From the human T2T-CHM13v2.0 reference genome, Homo sapiens, in the NCBI RefSeq assembly GCF_009914755.1, contig NC_060926.1: a DNA stretch of 64,000 nucleotides; one strand, written 5' to 3'. Each line of letters begins with the position of its first letter. Position 1 is the stretch's first letter. The position numbers and the translations under genes were made by a program. Shown here in pieces: positions 31,511 to 47,460 of the stretch. The notes beneath the pieces are model-generated. The model did no database searches. It was not told where the DNA came from and saw nothing but the letters and a program-made list of their open reading frames with translations.

Positions 31511-32197
31511 AATAAAAGCATATTTATCCATCTTGTCCAGAACTGGAAGAACTCTTATAACAACGTTTTAGAAGCATGAAATTCAACAACCTTCATAATC
31601 TAATAATAGTGTTGATATACCTCATACTTTAAGTGTAATACACACAGGTCACAGATTGAGTCAGAAAGGGCTCTTGGTAAAAAGCTATCCCAATATCTTC
31701 ATTTCAAGCTGAAGACAATGAGGTTGAGAGAGGCTAAATGACTTGTTCAGGTTACTCAGCCAGAAAGTGCTAGAACTGACTTTGAAATCTTAGATTGCTG
31801 ATTCCCAGCCTGTCCTCTTCCCACTGGGTCACACATACCACTTTTCCCCATGTATACCATACACTACATCATGTACTCAAAGTTATATTTTCCATTATTG
31901 AAGATGTATTTGCTATTTTCAACCTCTTATTCAAAAATGTATATTGTACCCATTATTCATTGTATAGACTTGAGTTTAAAAAACATTGCTATATTTTACC
32001 CAAATGAGTCCCCTTATAGATATCTATATATATAATTGATCTGGCAGGGTTTTTAAAATGCAGTGATAAAACTTGTTTTGTCATATTCTTTCCCTATGTA
32101 TAAAAATCCAGTAGAAAGCAAAAAAGTAAAATTGTGATGCATGCACATAAAACATCTGAATGGCAGTAATGGTTTGGTATTGACTTTTTTCCTTTGA

Positions 32198-32878
<681 letters not shown>

Positions 32879-33361
32879 TGAAGACTGGATAAAGTGATGA
32901 GTGAGCTCAGATTTAGGTATTTAAGGAAGAGGGAAATGTTTTCTAAACTGATGTTCTCTCTTTTATTTAAATAAGATAAAACTATGGGAAAACATTAATA
33001 TGTTATACTCAATTTTAAAAATGTATCTGATAAGGCTAAATTCTTGGCAGGACTGGATATGAAGTCTTTGCCAAAGACAGGGCAAAGTCATTAAAATAAA
33101 GCTGATTTTTATACACTTACATTCACAGTGCAATTCACTAGCCCTGAGCTTGCTCTGAAAACTGCTGCCTCAGGGACTAACGGTATATCAATATTTCAGT
33201 TTGCTATTAAGGCTTTATTTGGTTTTCATACTTATTTATTAAAGTCATATAACTCTTATATAGTTCCATTTCTCTCAGGGAAGCGCTATACTACAAATAA
33301 TAATAATAATAAAAGGTCCATAAATGATTTCATTTGTTGAATCTCTTGGTTTGGTAGGTTA

Positions 33362-33416
33362 TTTTTATGTTACTATTAAACCACATTTTTTTTTATGTTA
33401 CTATTAAACCACATTT
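33362..33416. repeat. ~28-bp tandem duplication (TTTTTATGTTACTATTAAACCACATTT)
   Basis: Seen directly. Confidence 0.88.
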
Positions 33417-34419
33417 CTCCCTTCCAATTTCTCAAGTTAATAAGCATAGAATAAACATATGAAAGGAGGAATAAAAAATTCAAGTCACATTTTATTCTAT
33501 ACTTTCTTAATAAAATATTTCTATTACTTAGACTACCAACTTTAAATTACTTTCAGACTTTCTGGGGCTTGATTTTGCTAAAACACAGGTTTTATATCTA
33601 GAAAGCACAGAAATCAATTTTTTGAAAGGAATAGCTGATACTGACATTCTATTGACAGGATTAAAGGATAACTTTATGTTAATAAGATTTGAAATTATAA
33701 TCATTATTCTCTCTGAATGTTCATATTTTAAATAATGGCAAATAAAAACTTGTTTTGAAACATATCTCGTTTTTTTTCCCCCAGGAAAGTGGAATAGCTT
33801 GAATTTTAATATGCATCAGAAGTAATTATTTTTATAAGCAAAATTAAGAAGAATGCTTTGTTCTTTGGAATATTGATGAAAATATTGTTTCCAACTAAAA
33901 GGGGCTCCATGAAACTTTTAAGCAAGTCTTACCAATTTCTCACTGGCTTACAAGGACAAACGCAACTCTTTAGGTACGATCAATCAAAACAGTAGTTAAA
34001 ATAAAAAACATTACTTCCACTTATTTTCTGCAACCTAAAAGGGCTTGTATACCTGAAGTAATAAATACTTACAGTTTATTATTAGGAGAACTGCTGCCAT
34101 TTCCTTTTGGAGGCAGCAATGATAATGATACACTGAAAACATGAAGTCACTTTCATAAATAACCAACATTAAACTGATATGTCTGATTTGAAATAATTAT
34201 CCTTCTTAATTTCTTAGATTATTCTGGTAAGGCTAAGATGAAAACAATTCAGGAATGCTGCTGGAATAATGGTCTTTTTTTAAAGACGAATGTTTGACAG
34301 TCTCCATGATTACATAATAATAGATTACTTTAACCTATAAGCTTACTTTTCATAAAGAAAAATACTATTCAAGGGAACTATTCTAAATGAACAACGACCA
34401 TCCTTTGAACTTGATTTTT

Positions 34420-35195
34420 TTATTATTATTATTATACTTTAAGTTTTAGGGTACATGTGCACAATGTGCAGGTTAGTTACATATGTATACATGTGCCATG
34501 CTGGTGTGCTGCACCTATTAACTCGTCATTTAGCATTAGGTATATCTCCTAATGCTATCCCTCCCCCCTCCCCCCACCCCACAACAGTCCCCAGAGTGTG
34601 ATGTTCCCCTTCCTGTGTCCATGTGTTCTCATTGTTCAATTCCCATCTATGAGTGAGAACATGCAGTGTTTGGTTTTTTGTCCTTGCGATAGTTTACTGA
34701 GAATGATGATTTCCAATTTCATCCATGTCCCTACAAAGGACATGAACTCATTATTTTTTATGGCTGCATAGTATTCCATGGTGTATATGTGCCACATTTT
34801 CTTAATCCAGTCTATCAATCATTGTTGGACATTTGGGTTGGTTCCAACTCTTTGCTATTGTGAATAGTGCCACAATAAACATACGTGTGCATGTGTCTTT
34901 ATAGCAGCATGATTTATAATCCTTTGGGTATATACCCAGTAATGGGATGGCTGGGTCAAATGGTATTTCTAGTTCTAGATCCCTAAGGAATCACCACACT
35001 GACTTCTACAATGGTTGAACTAGTTTACAGTCCCACCAACAGTGTAAAAGTGTTCCTATTTCTCCACATCCTCTCCAGCACCTGTTGTTTCCTGACTTTT
35101 TACTGATTGCCATTCTAACTGGTATGAGATGGTATCTCATTGTGGTTTTGATTTGCATTTCTCTGATGGCCAGTGATGATGAGCATTTTTTCATG
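34420..35195 (-). mobile_element. 5'-truncated young L1PA (about L1PA2-4) 3' end
   Basis: Near-consensus L1 3' UTR, ORF2 C-terminal peptides (ORFs 34636..34818 and 35006..35194), TSD TGATTTTT at 34412-34419 and 35196-35203. Confidence 0.92.
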
Positions 35196-35817
35196 TGATT
35201 TTTAAAGGTTACCTACTTGGGTCATAAATATTCTAGCCGGAGGAGCACCATTCCCAATCTGCAGTTAGCTATGCCCTTGCAACATCACTTTCTTCACTTC
35301 AAAGGAGGCTAGAGGAAGGGTGACTTTGGTGGGTGAGACTTTGCAATGCCTGCAATGTCACCTTGCACTGCGTGGTTTTGAATAGCCCGTGTAATGTAAT
35401 GATTAGCATTCTCAGGATGGTCCCTGCTGCTCCCTCAGTTGTCCTCATCGCTGCGGTGTGCTTAGCAGCAAGCCAGCACTTTCAGTCCTGAAGGGACGGC
35501 TTGCCTGGTATTAGCTGGATTTAGTCCGACTCCTACAGCAACTTTGCCAGCCTGGTGGTTGGAACATCACCCAATACCTTTACATGATGTTTAAAAAAGG
35601 GCTGTGGCGAGGGACACAAAATTGCTGCTTTTGGCATTTAAAGCAGCTTTAAACATTTAAACATTCCTGACAAGCTCTCTTTTGCCTCGGTGGATTTTGA
35701 AAAAAGAAGGCAGAACAAAGCAAGCTGTCTCAGGAATCAAAGGCAGATAAATACATTTCTTTTCTGACAGCCCACCATTTTTCTTTGGAAAGAATACCTT
35801 TAGTGTTTAGTGGTTAG

Positions 35818-36730
35818 TGCATTAGTTTACAATTGCTGCTATAACAAATTATTAATACCACAAACTCCTGGCTTGAAACATCAAGCATATATTATCTTAA
35901 ATTCTGGAGGTCAGAAGTTCAAAATCACTTTCACTGGGCTAAAATCAGGTGTTAGCGGGTCTGCATTTCTTCTGGAGGCTTAGGGGAGAATCCACTTCTT
36001 TCCTTGCCTTTTCCAGTTTCCAAAGACCACCTGCATTCCTTGGCTTCTGGCTCCTTCCTCTGTCTTCAAAGCCAGCAGCATAGCATCTTCTCTTCCCTCT
36101 GACCTCTGCTTCTGTCCTTATATCATCTTTCTCTATCAACCTCTCGCCTCCCTTTTATAAGGGCCATTATGATTGTGATTATACTAGGCCTCCCTTGACA
36201 ATCTAGGGTACTTTCCCTGCTGTGGTTTGAAAGTGTCCCCTCAAAAATTCAGGTGTTGCTAATGTGAGAGTATTAAGAGAAGGGACCTTTCAGAGATGAT
36301 TAGCTTATGAGGGCGCCTCCCCTGTGAATGGGATTAGGCGCTCTTATAAAGGGGCTTGACAGAGGGAGTTGGCCCCTTTTATACTCTTCTGCCAAATCAT
36401 GAGGACACTGCATTGTAGGCACCTCCCCTCTGGAGGACATAGCTTTCCAGGCGCCATCTTGGAAGCAGAGTTGGACCCTTACCAGACACTGAACCTGCTG
36501 CCAGCTTGATCTTGGACTTCCTGGCCTCCAGAACTGTGAGAAATAAATTTCTGTTATTTACAAATTACCCAGTCTGTGGTATTTTGTCATAGCAACCCAA
36601 AACTCCCCATCTCAATATCCTTAATTTAAATGACATCTGCAACATTCTTCGTGCCATGAAAGGAACAAGGAATGTTGTTCTGGGAATTAGAAGCGGACAT
36701 CTCTGGGGAGCTATTTTTCAGCTTATCACA
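35818..36730 (-). mobile_element. MLT1 (MaLR) LTR with a nested MST-type LTR (+, ~36218-36602)
   Basis: MLT1 motif TTCTGGAGGTCAGAAGTTC; insert TGCTGTGGTTTGAAAGTGTCCCC...GCCTCCAGAACTGTGAGAAATAAATTTCTG flanked by TTCCC/CTCCC. Confidence 0.8.
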
Positions 36731-38135
36731 GCTAGTGTGCACTCTCTCTTTAAATTCTCAATTCTTTGCGTTTGGATTTAGATAGTCAAAGGCCAGATGA
36801 GCCTCAAAGCCACTTCAGACCTAAGAATCTCACTGTCAATCCAAATATAATTAGTTGTCATAGAAAACAGAATGAATTCAAATTCCAACCCTCCGTGTTT
36901 TCAAAATGAGTTGACTTGTGCTTGTATTACACATTAATATGGTTCAAATCACACTGAATATAATGCTTTTAAGGACAAGATATAACATAAAATGAAAAAT
37001 CTCCTCAAGGCTTTTCTTTCAATTCCTGACCTTTACTCACAATAAGAGGTAGAGGCTATTAATGTGGGTGGCTGTGGAGATGGGGATGAATTCTTTCTCC
37101 TTTCCCCCATATTATTGACATGATAAATGTTCCAAAACATTTCTTTCCAACATGATTGGGGTTGTAGCGTATTCCCAAAGATTATTCATAGGTGCTGTAC
37201 CTATTCTCTATTAATAGTTAAGAATTCTTATGTAGATGGGCTTCACTTTTTCAAAATGGAAACAATATACACCCTTACTCATGAAAGAAAAGCTTTTAAG
37301 TTTGTGACAGTCATAAAACATTTAAAAAACTATTGCAGAGTATCAGCTGGACAAGACTGTCTCATAAAGGCAAACTGGGCTCATTGAGACCATTGTTCTC
37401 GAGCAGGCAATTTGTGCTTTGGAAAGAGTATTCCATCTGCCTTTGTGAAACTGCAATGCACACTGCCTCAATACCTCCACTTTATCAACACTTTCCATTC
37501 TACTGTTTCCCTCCAGTGCAAAGGCACAACCATGGCCTTCTTCATCCCAACTCTGGATAACCACCAGCCACAGCAAGGCTTTCCTCATTCACTCTGAGCT
37601 TCGACTCTGAGCTGAGGCGCTCCCTGACGAACACCTTTGCACAGCTCCAAGTCCACACGTGTAGGATTCTTATCCCACTTCCTGTGGCAGGAAGGTCCTT
37701 GAATGGTGATATATGCCTGGAACCTTATTACATTTTAGTGATACTAAGGGAATAATAACTGAAAGAAGAGCGACTTGGAACATTTCCATGCAATACATAC
37801 TATATCTTGCTATTCAAAGGAAATGCAATTTAGAAATAAGAATCAGACCCCAGAAATTTCTGCACATAATGGACAACAAAAATATTCCATTTAAAAATCA
37901 TGCCACAAAAGAAATGATGTTTATAGCGATAAATCTGACAGTTACTATAGTTACCATTTTGAAATACTTTACTTAGTATATTTTTTAGTGTAAAGCTTCA
38001 TGCTAAAAGACATGTAAGAAGATATTTTTTAGTTTTACAAATTAAATGGCAGAAGGAAACTTTTATGACCAAATAATAGACATTTAAAATTTACATGATT
38101 ATTTTTAAGCCTATGTCAGAATTTAGAGTAGTTTG

Positions 38136-38478
<343 letters not shown>

Positions 38479-39187
38479 CTATACAAATGGATTTCACGTG
38501 ATATACATAAGTACTTTATTTCACAAAGTATCTCAAATACATCCTTGTGTTGGCTATTTCTGTATGTGTAAATCTTTTGGTTTCTAAATTTGTATCTAAA
38601 TATTCATGGTCATATTTTACAAAAAGTATTTGATGTATTTGATTTCAAAACATCACACAGAAAATATTAGTGACTAAGTGGTTTTTCAGAATTTGGTAAC
38701 CATCTTTGAAGATGAATTCACAGATTTTTAAAGCTTCAATTTGATTTCACAAAAATTTAGTAAGGACAATCCAGCTTAACAAGTTATCTTTAAAATTCAG
38801 TTTCCAAGGCAACAATCATAGGTCCCTGTACATTGCTTTAAAAAAATCATTTTTATAAATTTAGTTACTGCAACATCAAAGGCAAGTATTAAATATAACT
38901 GCCTTACTTTTATCTCCTTTTATCAGACTTTTTGAACAAGCTGACTTCTCTCTTTTCAGTGGACTAATGCCAGATCCCTAGTGTGCTGTCCATCAAGTGC
39001 CAGAAGGTTAAGAGCAGATAAAATATCAAATTTCCAAAGTGGCTGCCTGAGAATCTGGCCTACTGCATGTGCATAAGACCAAACCAGGATCCAGCCTACT
39101 GGATATGCATAACAACAAGTCTCCTTCTACCTCACCTCTTATAACTTCACAACTGACTCAATCCAGAGACAAGACAAGAGCTCTTAC

Positions 39188-39272
39188 CTGCACATTTCAC
39201 TCCCTGAGCAATGAGACCCCACATAAAGTTGGCACAGTATTCACACCAGTGTGGCCCTCTGAATGTATGCAC
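39188..39272 (-). CDS. CHN1: CHN1 exon 8: first half of C1 (DAG/phorbol-ester) zinc finger, [28 protein letters not shown]
   Basis: Acceptor poly-T-CAG|GTGCAT, donor GCAG|GTAAGA, 85 nt. Not in the ORF track; translated by hand. Confidence 0.96.
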
Positions 39273-39367
39273 CTGAAAAAAAAAAAGAGGGGCAAAGTCA
39301 GGAAAGGGGAAACACACGGATGAGAAGACTGCTTCATATCAAAGCACTAATATACAAGCCACATATT

Positions 39368-39663
39368 CTATATATATATATATATGAGAGAAAGAGAAAT
39401 GGGGTCTCACTGTTGCCCAGGCTGGAGTGCAGTGGTGTATCACAGCTCACTGAGGCCTCCCTCAAGTGATCCTCCCACCTCAGCCTCCTGAGTAGCTGGG
39501 ACTACAGGCACACACGACCACACCCAGATAATTTTTGTATTTTTTGTAGAGACAGGGTTTTACCATGTTGCTCAGGCTAGTCTTGAACTTCTGAGCTCAA
39601 GCATCTGCCTGCCTTGGCCTCCCAAAGTGCTGGGATTACAGGTGTGAGCCACTGCACCCAGCC
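39368..39663 (-). mobile_element. AluJ-like with (TA)n/(GA) derived tail
   Basis: Reverse Alu consensus, ~95 nt upstream of the exon 8 acceptor. Confidence 0.88.
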
Positions 39664-41821
39664 CATGGTTAGTAATGAAGCGCCAACATGGCTGCATTTA
39701 AAAGAACCTTGGTTGAGTGAAACTGACAAGCAGTTAACATTTTTTTCAGAGCTTGATTTCTTCTTTGTTTTAGGAATGATAAATCAGACCAATATTCTGT
39801 AACTTACTTTCGAAAACTATATAATGGAGTTTTCCAATGTCCCCTCAGGTGCAGGCACCCTAATCTATACAAATACTGGCATTTCTATGTACTATGCTAT
39901 TTCTACAGTACTATGACATGAAAAGGCATGAGTGCCCATATAGAGTATGTCTTGGGTCCTGTTAGGAATTTTGCAGATAATTTACCTTCTGTGACTATGA
40001 GTAGGATCACAGACATTAAAGGAGATACTTATTGATGGGTCACATCAGAATCATCAAAAAGGCCCAATTTCTGTTTAAAACATTTGATATTTATTATGTT
40101 AGCAAGGAGAATAAATGTATTTTAGAAACTGCAGAAACTACAGTTTATCAGGAACCTCGTTTGAGTACAGTAATTATTCACTAACCATTCCAGCTCATAA
40201 AGGTTCTTTCTACTGTATTTGATTTCTTTTCCTTAAAAAGAAAGGAATCCCCAAAGAAGAAAGGATTCAAATGTTAAGATACCTATCCCTTTTACAAACA
40301 GGAAAGAGAAGGCATTCTAGGTTAACTCAGACAAAAAAATATTGGTAGAATATTTTGCAGAAGCAATGAATCCAAACTCTGAACATTAAAAAATAATAAA
40401 AATTTCAATATTATCAGTACATTACAATTGATTCCAACATATCTGCCAAAACCACTACCATACATAATAAAATTCACAGCTAAGATTGTCATTTTTACAA
40501 TTGCTGTACTAACGTATTGACTAAGTCTTAGAAACCAAGTAAGTGATTTTTAAGATATGAAACTTATTTCTTCAAATGAAAATACCATAAATGTAAGACA
40601 TACCATTATGTGTTCAATTTAGAAAAACCATGCCAATTAAATCATGACAAGCCATTGGTTGTCTGACAAATCCCAAATTCAGAGACATTAAAATGGAAAA
40701 TAAAATATGCATATAAGAATCAATGAAACAGAATATCAGAATTCAAAATACTACATTGGCCCAAATATCCATATAAAGCTGCAAGGGATAACCCTGGGTT
40801 CATTCAAAGCAGGTATGTGCTTGTAACTCTTTGCTGTTGCCAACTGAGTCTGAGTACAAAATTTTATGTTGATTTTGAAAAGGAGGCCATAATCCCTTCT
40901 ATGTGTTTTATGGAGGAGGGTCAGGAATGCAGGCACGGTAGCCTCTGGATTGTTAATGATGTTCAGAGCCTGTAAACTCAAAGTATTTCCTGGAGTTGCT
41001 GAAGTAGAGCCCAAGATCAACATCCAGATACTCTGTAATGTCCCTGTGTTCTTCAGAGTGAATAAAACTGGATAAAGCATGCAATCGTGCTTTATTCTTA
41101 TGGGAATGAGTGAAGTAGGCAGTGCTGATTCAGAAAGAGAGTTATATAATCATGAAACAGCAACAGAATTGTGAAGCTACTTTTAGAGAAAGTCTTTGGG
41201 ATGCAAACTCACTTATAGGTTGCCAAACCTCAGGATAATCAGTATCATTTACTTGGTAAGGTGACTAAAGATGCAATGAAAGTATGAAGGAAGTCTCAGG
41301 AATTATTTTGTGCCGATCAGTTATCTCATGGTAAAGCATCTGAAAGTTAAACAGGGAGAGCAAAAAGAGTAGAAGGTGTTTTGTTTGCTGTTAAACAAAT
41401 AGGCATTTGGGAAACAGCACTGGCTACTGAGCTGTTTTAATAGAACCAATCCTTTCCCCACCTTCCTGAAAGTAGCAGTGAATGTGGCATTTCAAAAAGC
41501 CTGGGATATTTCTTTATATTAGATATGCTGAAGAGAGGATTTTAACTGTCCGAGCAGACCCCATGTTCTCCAATTAAAGGGTTACACATGTATCTCAGAA
41601 AGCAATCTTTAGGATATTGTTATTTATTTACAGTTCATTCTTGGGCAGCTTTTTTAATGAAGGCATCCTGAGCCATTTGAGGCTGGGTTGTTTTTTTTTG
41701 TTTTTTAAATCGTTTAGAAGGTAGCTTATGTAGCTCTCCATGAAAATGTTCTAGAAATAGGCCTTGCAGAACCAGCAGCTTACAAAACTATTTGTCTAAC
41801 AGGGTTTAACTGGATTCCCTT

Positions 41822-41867
41822 TTGAATTTTTATATCTAAAACTCACTTGAATTTTTATATCTAAAAT
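41822..41867. repeat. 25-bp tandem duplication (TTGAATTTTTATATCTAAAA...)
   Basis: Seen directly. Confidence 0.88.
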
Positions 41868-41999
41868 CCATATATCTCAAGTTTCCTTTGTTCTGTAACC
41901 TCTATGACTCTATGACACTTTATTATATTTGTAAAAGGTTGATTACTGTAGCCTTTGAGTCTTTTATTCCTCTAAAGGTCATCAAAACAAATACTGATT

Positions 42000-42950
42000 T
42001 TCATTAATTAGTCATTTTTATTCATTCATAAACATTTATTAAATGATGATCTATACAAAAATAAAAAGGGGTTTCTCCTACTAAACACAGTGTGAAAATA
42101 TTCTAATCAAAATATTTGCAAAGTGTGAGAGAAGCTGGGAAGAGACGCAACCCATGAGCTAAGTCCTGAGTTGAAAATCAAAGACACGAGGCATGAGAGA
42201 AACAATGTGGTGTTTAGAGAACTGCAAGGAAGTTCAGTCTGGGTGGAGTGGAAACGACTGGCCTGGCAGGAGATAGGAGAGGCAGACAGGGCCTTTTCAA
42301 TGCCTACAAATTTGTATTCTGTCCAGTGAACAATGCAGAGCCACTGAGGATTGTTAAGGGGAGTGACACGGTCAAGGGGGCAAGGCTGAAGGAAGACAGA
42401 CTAGGTAGGGTGGTGCTATGGCAGTCACCCAGACAACAGACGATATGGAGCTGAACTCGGGCAGTGGTGACTGAGAAAAAGGGACAAACTGGAGTTATTT
42501 AGGAGGCAGAATCAACAGCGCTTGGTAACTAATTGAAACAGAGGCAACGGAGAGGGAAAGAAACTGGTCTGTTAAGGGTTTAAGGTCTGGTGACTGGGGA
42601 AGAATGACATTAACAGAGGTACAAAAGTAGAGAAACTGGTTTAGAAGTGAGGTGGGGAGGACTGTGGAAGGGAAGGGGAAGGCTGACTCATAAGAAAGAG
42701 AGGGTCACTGATGGAGCAAGGCTCTGGAGAAGTCAAATGTTGGAGACAGAATCCAGGGCAGAGCAATTAGCTCTGAATACAAGGAAAATCACTTTCCCCT
42801 TCCCTGAGTTGGGAGGGAAGAGGGTAAGAGGAGAGAGGCTGGCTGTGCAGGACTGGTGGTGGGACCTAGGGTCAGAAAGTTACAGGAATTCATGCCTGGC
42901 AGTCTATAGTCTCTGAGCATCAGGAAGGAAGTTCAGTTATGGAGCAAATG
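42000..42950 (-). mobile_element. L2 fragments
   Basis: ATTCATTCATAAACATTTATTAAATG L2 tail; GAGCCACTGAGGATTGTTAAGGGGAGTGACACGGTCA motif. Confidence 0.6.
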
Positions 42951-44748
42951 AGGAGTTTTGGCAAAGTGGGGAATAGGAACTGGAGCTAAAACTGGCCAGG
43001 AATTCAGAGAAGGGCCACTGGACTTGAAAGCAAGTTTCCTTTTTGGGTGACACATTATAAAATCGTACTATACCAGCCAGTGTCAAGCACATTAAACAAA
43101 AAGTGATGAATATTTTCTTTTTACGTGCGTCGTTATGCTTTATCTAAATGTTTCACTTTATATGCAGTTTTACATTATCGGTGATGTTTACGTCACATAC
43201 TTTGCCAACTCAGAAAAAGGTATCTTTAAAAAATCAATTGCACAAATTGTACAACTTAGAATAGCTTTTCAGTTGTGCTGCTCCATCTAGCACAATACTA
43301 ATAGGTGCTGTTTCCTATAGATAATTCTACAGGCACTGACATCTGCAGACAATTTTGTTTACTAGACGTTGTTGTATTTTAATTACCTGTTTTAAAAATG
43401 ATGAAATCTGAATACAATGAACATTCAAAATATAATTAAAAAGCCATAAGTTGCATCTTGAAGACTATTTGTGTGTTGCAGGATGCTAAGGAAGAACTAG
43501 GTGGGATATGCGGGAAAGGAGGCCTGGAAGGGTTCACAAGGGGTGCAAGGGCTTGGGCCTGAAGCTCTAGATCACAACAGAGAGTGACTTTTGCCTAGAA
43601 TTGCCACACCCCCTAGAAATCTGCAACCCATTCCTCTGGGTATGGTTCCTGATAAGACATAATTCAAAAGAACAATCAGCTTCACCCTATTACATTATTA
43701 GCGAAGTCAAAAATGGTCCCAAGAAAAGCAACCTTGTAAGTGGGCCACAGATATTTTTTCTAGGCCACCTCCAAAGCTTTTGGTCCATCTCGACAAATGA
43801 AAGTGACAGAGTATAAGGCATGAATTACACTTTAATGAATAAAGGGCAAAACGAACTAGTTTCAAAGCCCTCTTGTGCAACTGGAAAAAAAAGACCATTT
43901 TATTACCATGACATTTGTGATTGCTTTTAACCTGTGAACAACTCCTTTCACATTAACTTCTCTGTTAAAACAGAGATGAAAGACTGGATTAATTAACGGA
44001 TCCCCAGTACAGTCTTATCAGTGAAGGCATTGGTCAGAAGCAGGCTGCAAAGGACAGGGTGGGAAAGGGTGGGCTATTGAGGGGCCCATATGGCACAGGC
44101 CAAGTGTCATGTGTCTCCTGGGCAATGACTTAGATAAAAACTGAAGTCATTCTCAGTTGGGCCTGCCATTATTCAGACTAAAATCCTGGCTTATAAAAGG
44201 AAACAAACACCCTGCTTCTCATCATGTTTACAGCATTCATATCTCCAGTTTGAAAGCCAGTAACAGAAACTGAAAAAGAAATCCATGATATAGGAAGATA
44301 AAGAAAAATTCACCATTAATCTTCATTGTTCCTTTCAAGTCAAAACATTCCCTTTAGAAATAAGCATGAATGCAAATAGCCAAGGAGCATGCCTGCAAAG
44401 TTTGCTGCAAATGTAAGCCACGTTGGAGATGATATGAACATTACGGGAAATAAAATTTTGCTTGGGAAGGTGGCAATGACATTTCAGCTGCAGCTTCTCA
44501 TTTGGGACTGTGATGAGTCAGTTCTCCAGCACAGTGTTGGGTGATGAGGGGAGAGAACAGATGAACAAAATCAAAACGAAAGGAATGTAGGTAGGCAGGC
44601 AGCTGGTCAGGAAAGTTTTTTCTTCCCTCATTTTTATGTTTAGGGTAACTAGAATGCACTCTTTTAGGTGACCAATGTTTGTCTCACCAAGATGGTCTTA
44701 AACTTTTTGGTCCATATGATATGGAATTTAGAAATCAAACCCTAATTT

Positions 44749-45010
<262 letters not shown>

Positions 45011-47460
45011 TCATACCCTAATTTTACCACTTCAGTTTAAAGTACTTTGATTTATATTATTATGCCGTGAAAAGAGAATACATAACACTGGCTATGATCA
45101 TTAGCAAGAAATACATACAAGAGTACTTAAATTAGGAGGAATACTTACTATAGGAGTATCTTTAGTATCAAGGCAATACCTTCTTGCCTTGTTGTTAAGT
45201 TACGTCTAGTCAAAACTACTAACCACCCTATAACTCTGGAGTAATAATGTATTAACAAAGAGCGAGGTTTTGGTTCAGTTAAGCACCACGATAATGTCAG
45301 TTAAGCACTGACACTATGCTGGCCATTCCTAGTCTTCTTGTCCTGATCAAATGGATGTGTAATTGATGACCATGGCAGGAAAGGCAGAAGAAATGCACCA
45401 GGCACTTGCTGAAACATAGCTTTAAGCACTGGCCAAGGCTAAGTACCTGGAATAGAAAGGCATGCCCACTGGCCAGCAGCAGACAGGAGTGAGGGAGGCA
45501 CTAGGCGGCTGGGGAAGGGGCGCAGGTGCTAATGGCCTGTATAACCAGCTGCTATAGAGGTGGCCACACGGGAGAATTTGCAGGGTCTTTCTGCGCCACA
45601 TACTTAACCACACAAGTAGTTAACACGGAAGCACCGCTTCAAAGAGAATGACAAATGACAGAAAATTGGTGACCTAATTTTAAGAGTAAGAAAACTGTTC
45701 AAAATTGAGAGAAATACCATAAAAGCCTACTAGACATACATTGACCATACCACAAATAAATGATGTAACTTTAACTGTGAGCAATAACTACAGGGAAAAG
45801 CTGGTAAAATATGATCATACTATAACAATATGACTATTAGGACAGTCACCAGGGCAATACAGTAATTTAGTTCTGCTCCCATATGAATATTATAAAAATG
45901 GTTTATGTTAATTGGTATACAAAACAATATTTTAAATATGTGCAGAAAAAATAAATTATTCTCATAAAAATACATTTACCACAATTCAATATTGGCCTTA
46001 TTAACAGAGCTTAAATTCTTTTATGGTTTCCTTTATGATCCATACATTCCCAATCACCGCTATGTTTTTGAGGGAGAAGTATATCTAAAATTACAAAATG
46101 AATGCAAAGGTTGCACAGAACTTGCTTAGAATCATAAACAACCATATTAATGCTAGAACACAAACACAATTTCTGGTGTTGATGTTCTGTGCTGAGCTGA
46201 AATAGTGGCCCCTTACACAGAACCATCAATCTGAAACCCAAGAATCTGGATGTGGAAATATCAAAGTTCTCAAAGCAATCCTTTGATTATTATATGCTAC
46301 AAGGTACAGATTGTATAATAATGATGAAACAATAAATATAACCATTAATTCAAAGACATTTTCCATTTCAAAATATGAGTATTTAGAGTATTATAAAATA
46401 TATAATTTTAATGTTTAGGCTTCTTTTAAGTTTCAGAAGACAATTTCTTTTTGATTTCTTTTCCCCTGATAGTTTTGCCTCCAAACTGAATCATGCTCAA
46501 GGTTCAAAAATGTTAAATGCCATCACCTAAAACACTTCTACTTAGAAAGTAAGCTTCATTACTGAGATGAATGAGTTCGTATTCAAATATTAGTAAAAAT
46601 CAACACTTTGAAATACCAGTCCCCTAAGGTTATATTATGTAGGTACAATAGGAAAATAAATAAGTAAATGGTTGTGCAATAAAAACCACTTACATTCCAT
46701 AGCTGAGTGACAGAAAATCTCTATACCTACATTATAGATAGGTAACTGAACACTGACATACGGAAAACCCTCAGACCAGTCTACAATGTCTTGTGATCCA
46801 CAATTCTTTGAAGCTAAGTCTGCATTAATATATTATTTCCACACAACCAGGTTTCAATTTCTTTTTGACTTGGTTATAAAAGTGTCATCTGAAGAAGTAC
46901 TGTTAACATATATTACAATATGAATGCAAGTATTCCTATACTAAGAAAAAGATCTGACTAAAATGCACAGGAAGTTATTAAAAGTATGTAGTTAAAACCC
47001 TTTTTAAAATCCCAGTAAATTCTGGGATTTAAAAAATTCTGTTTTTCTTCTTTTTCACTGATTGCTGCTCTTACCTTTAATACTGCCTTTCCTTAAGTAC
47101 TTGGTTTAATTGATTCTTCTTTTTCTAGTTTCTTAAGATGGAAGCTTAGCTCTTTGACTTAAGACCTTTTTTCTCCCTTTCTAAATATAAGCATTTAATG
47201 ATATAAATTTCCTGATAAGTACTACTTTAGCCACATTCTATGAATTTTGATATGTTTTATTTTTCTTTTCAATCAGTTCAAAATATTTTCTAATGTATCT
47301 TGTGATTTCTTCTTCAACCCATGAGTTATTTAGCAGTATGTTATTTAATTTATAAGTATGTGGGAAATTTTTCAGATATCTGTTAGTGATTTCAAATTTA
47401 ATTCTGTTGTGGTTGGAGGATATGCTTTGTATGACTTTAACCCTTCTACATTTATTGATA

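Noticed and set aside
34636-35194. L1 ORF2-like peptides as an active reverse transcriptase
   Set aside because: Only a ~0.8-kb 5'-truncated 3' end; it cannot encode a functional protein.
35300-35450. Minus-strand ATG-started mini-ORF (MRTTEGAAGTIL...) as an alternative coding first exon
   Set aside because: The candidate donor is weak and phase-incompatible with exon 9, and the frame stops shortly afterwards.
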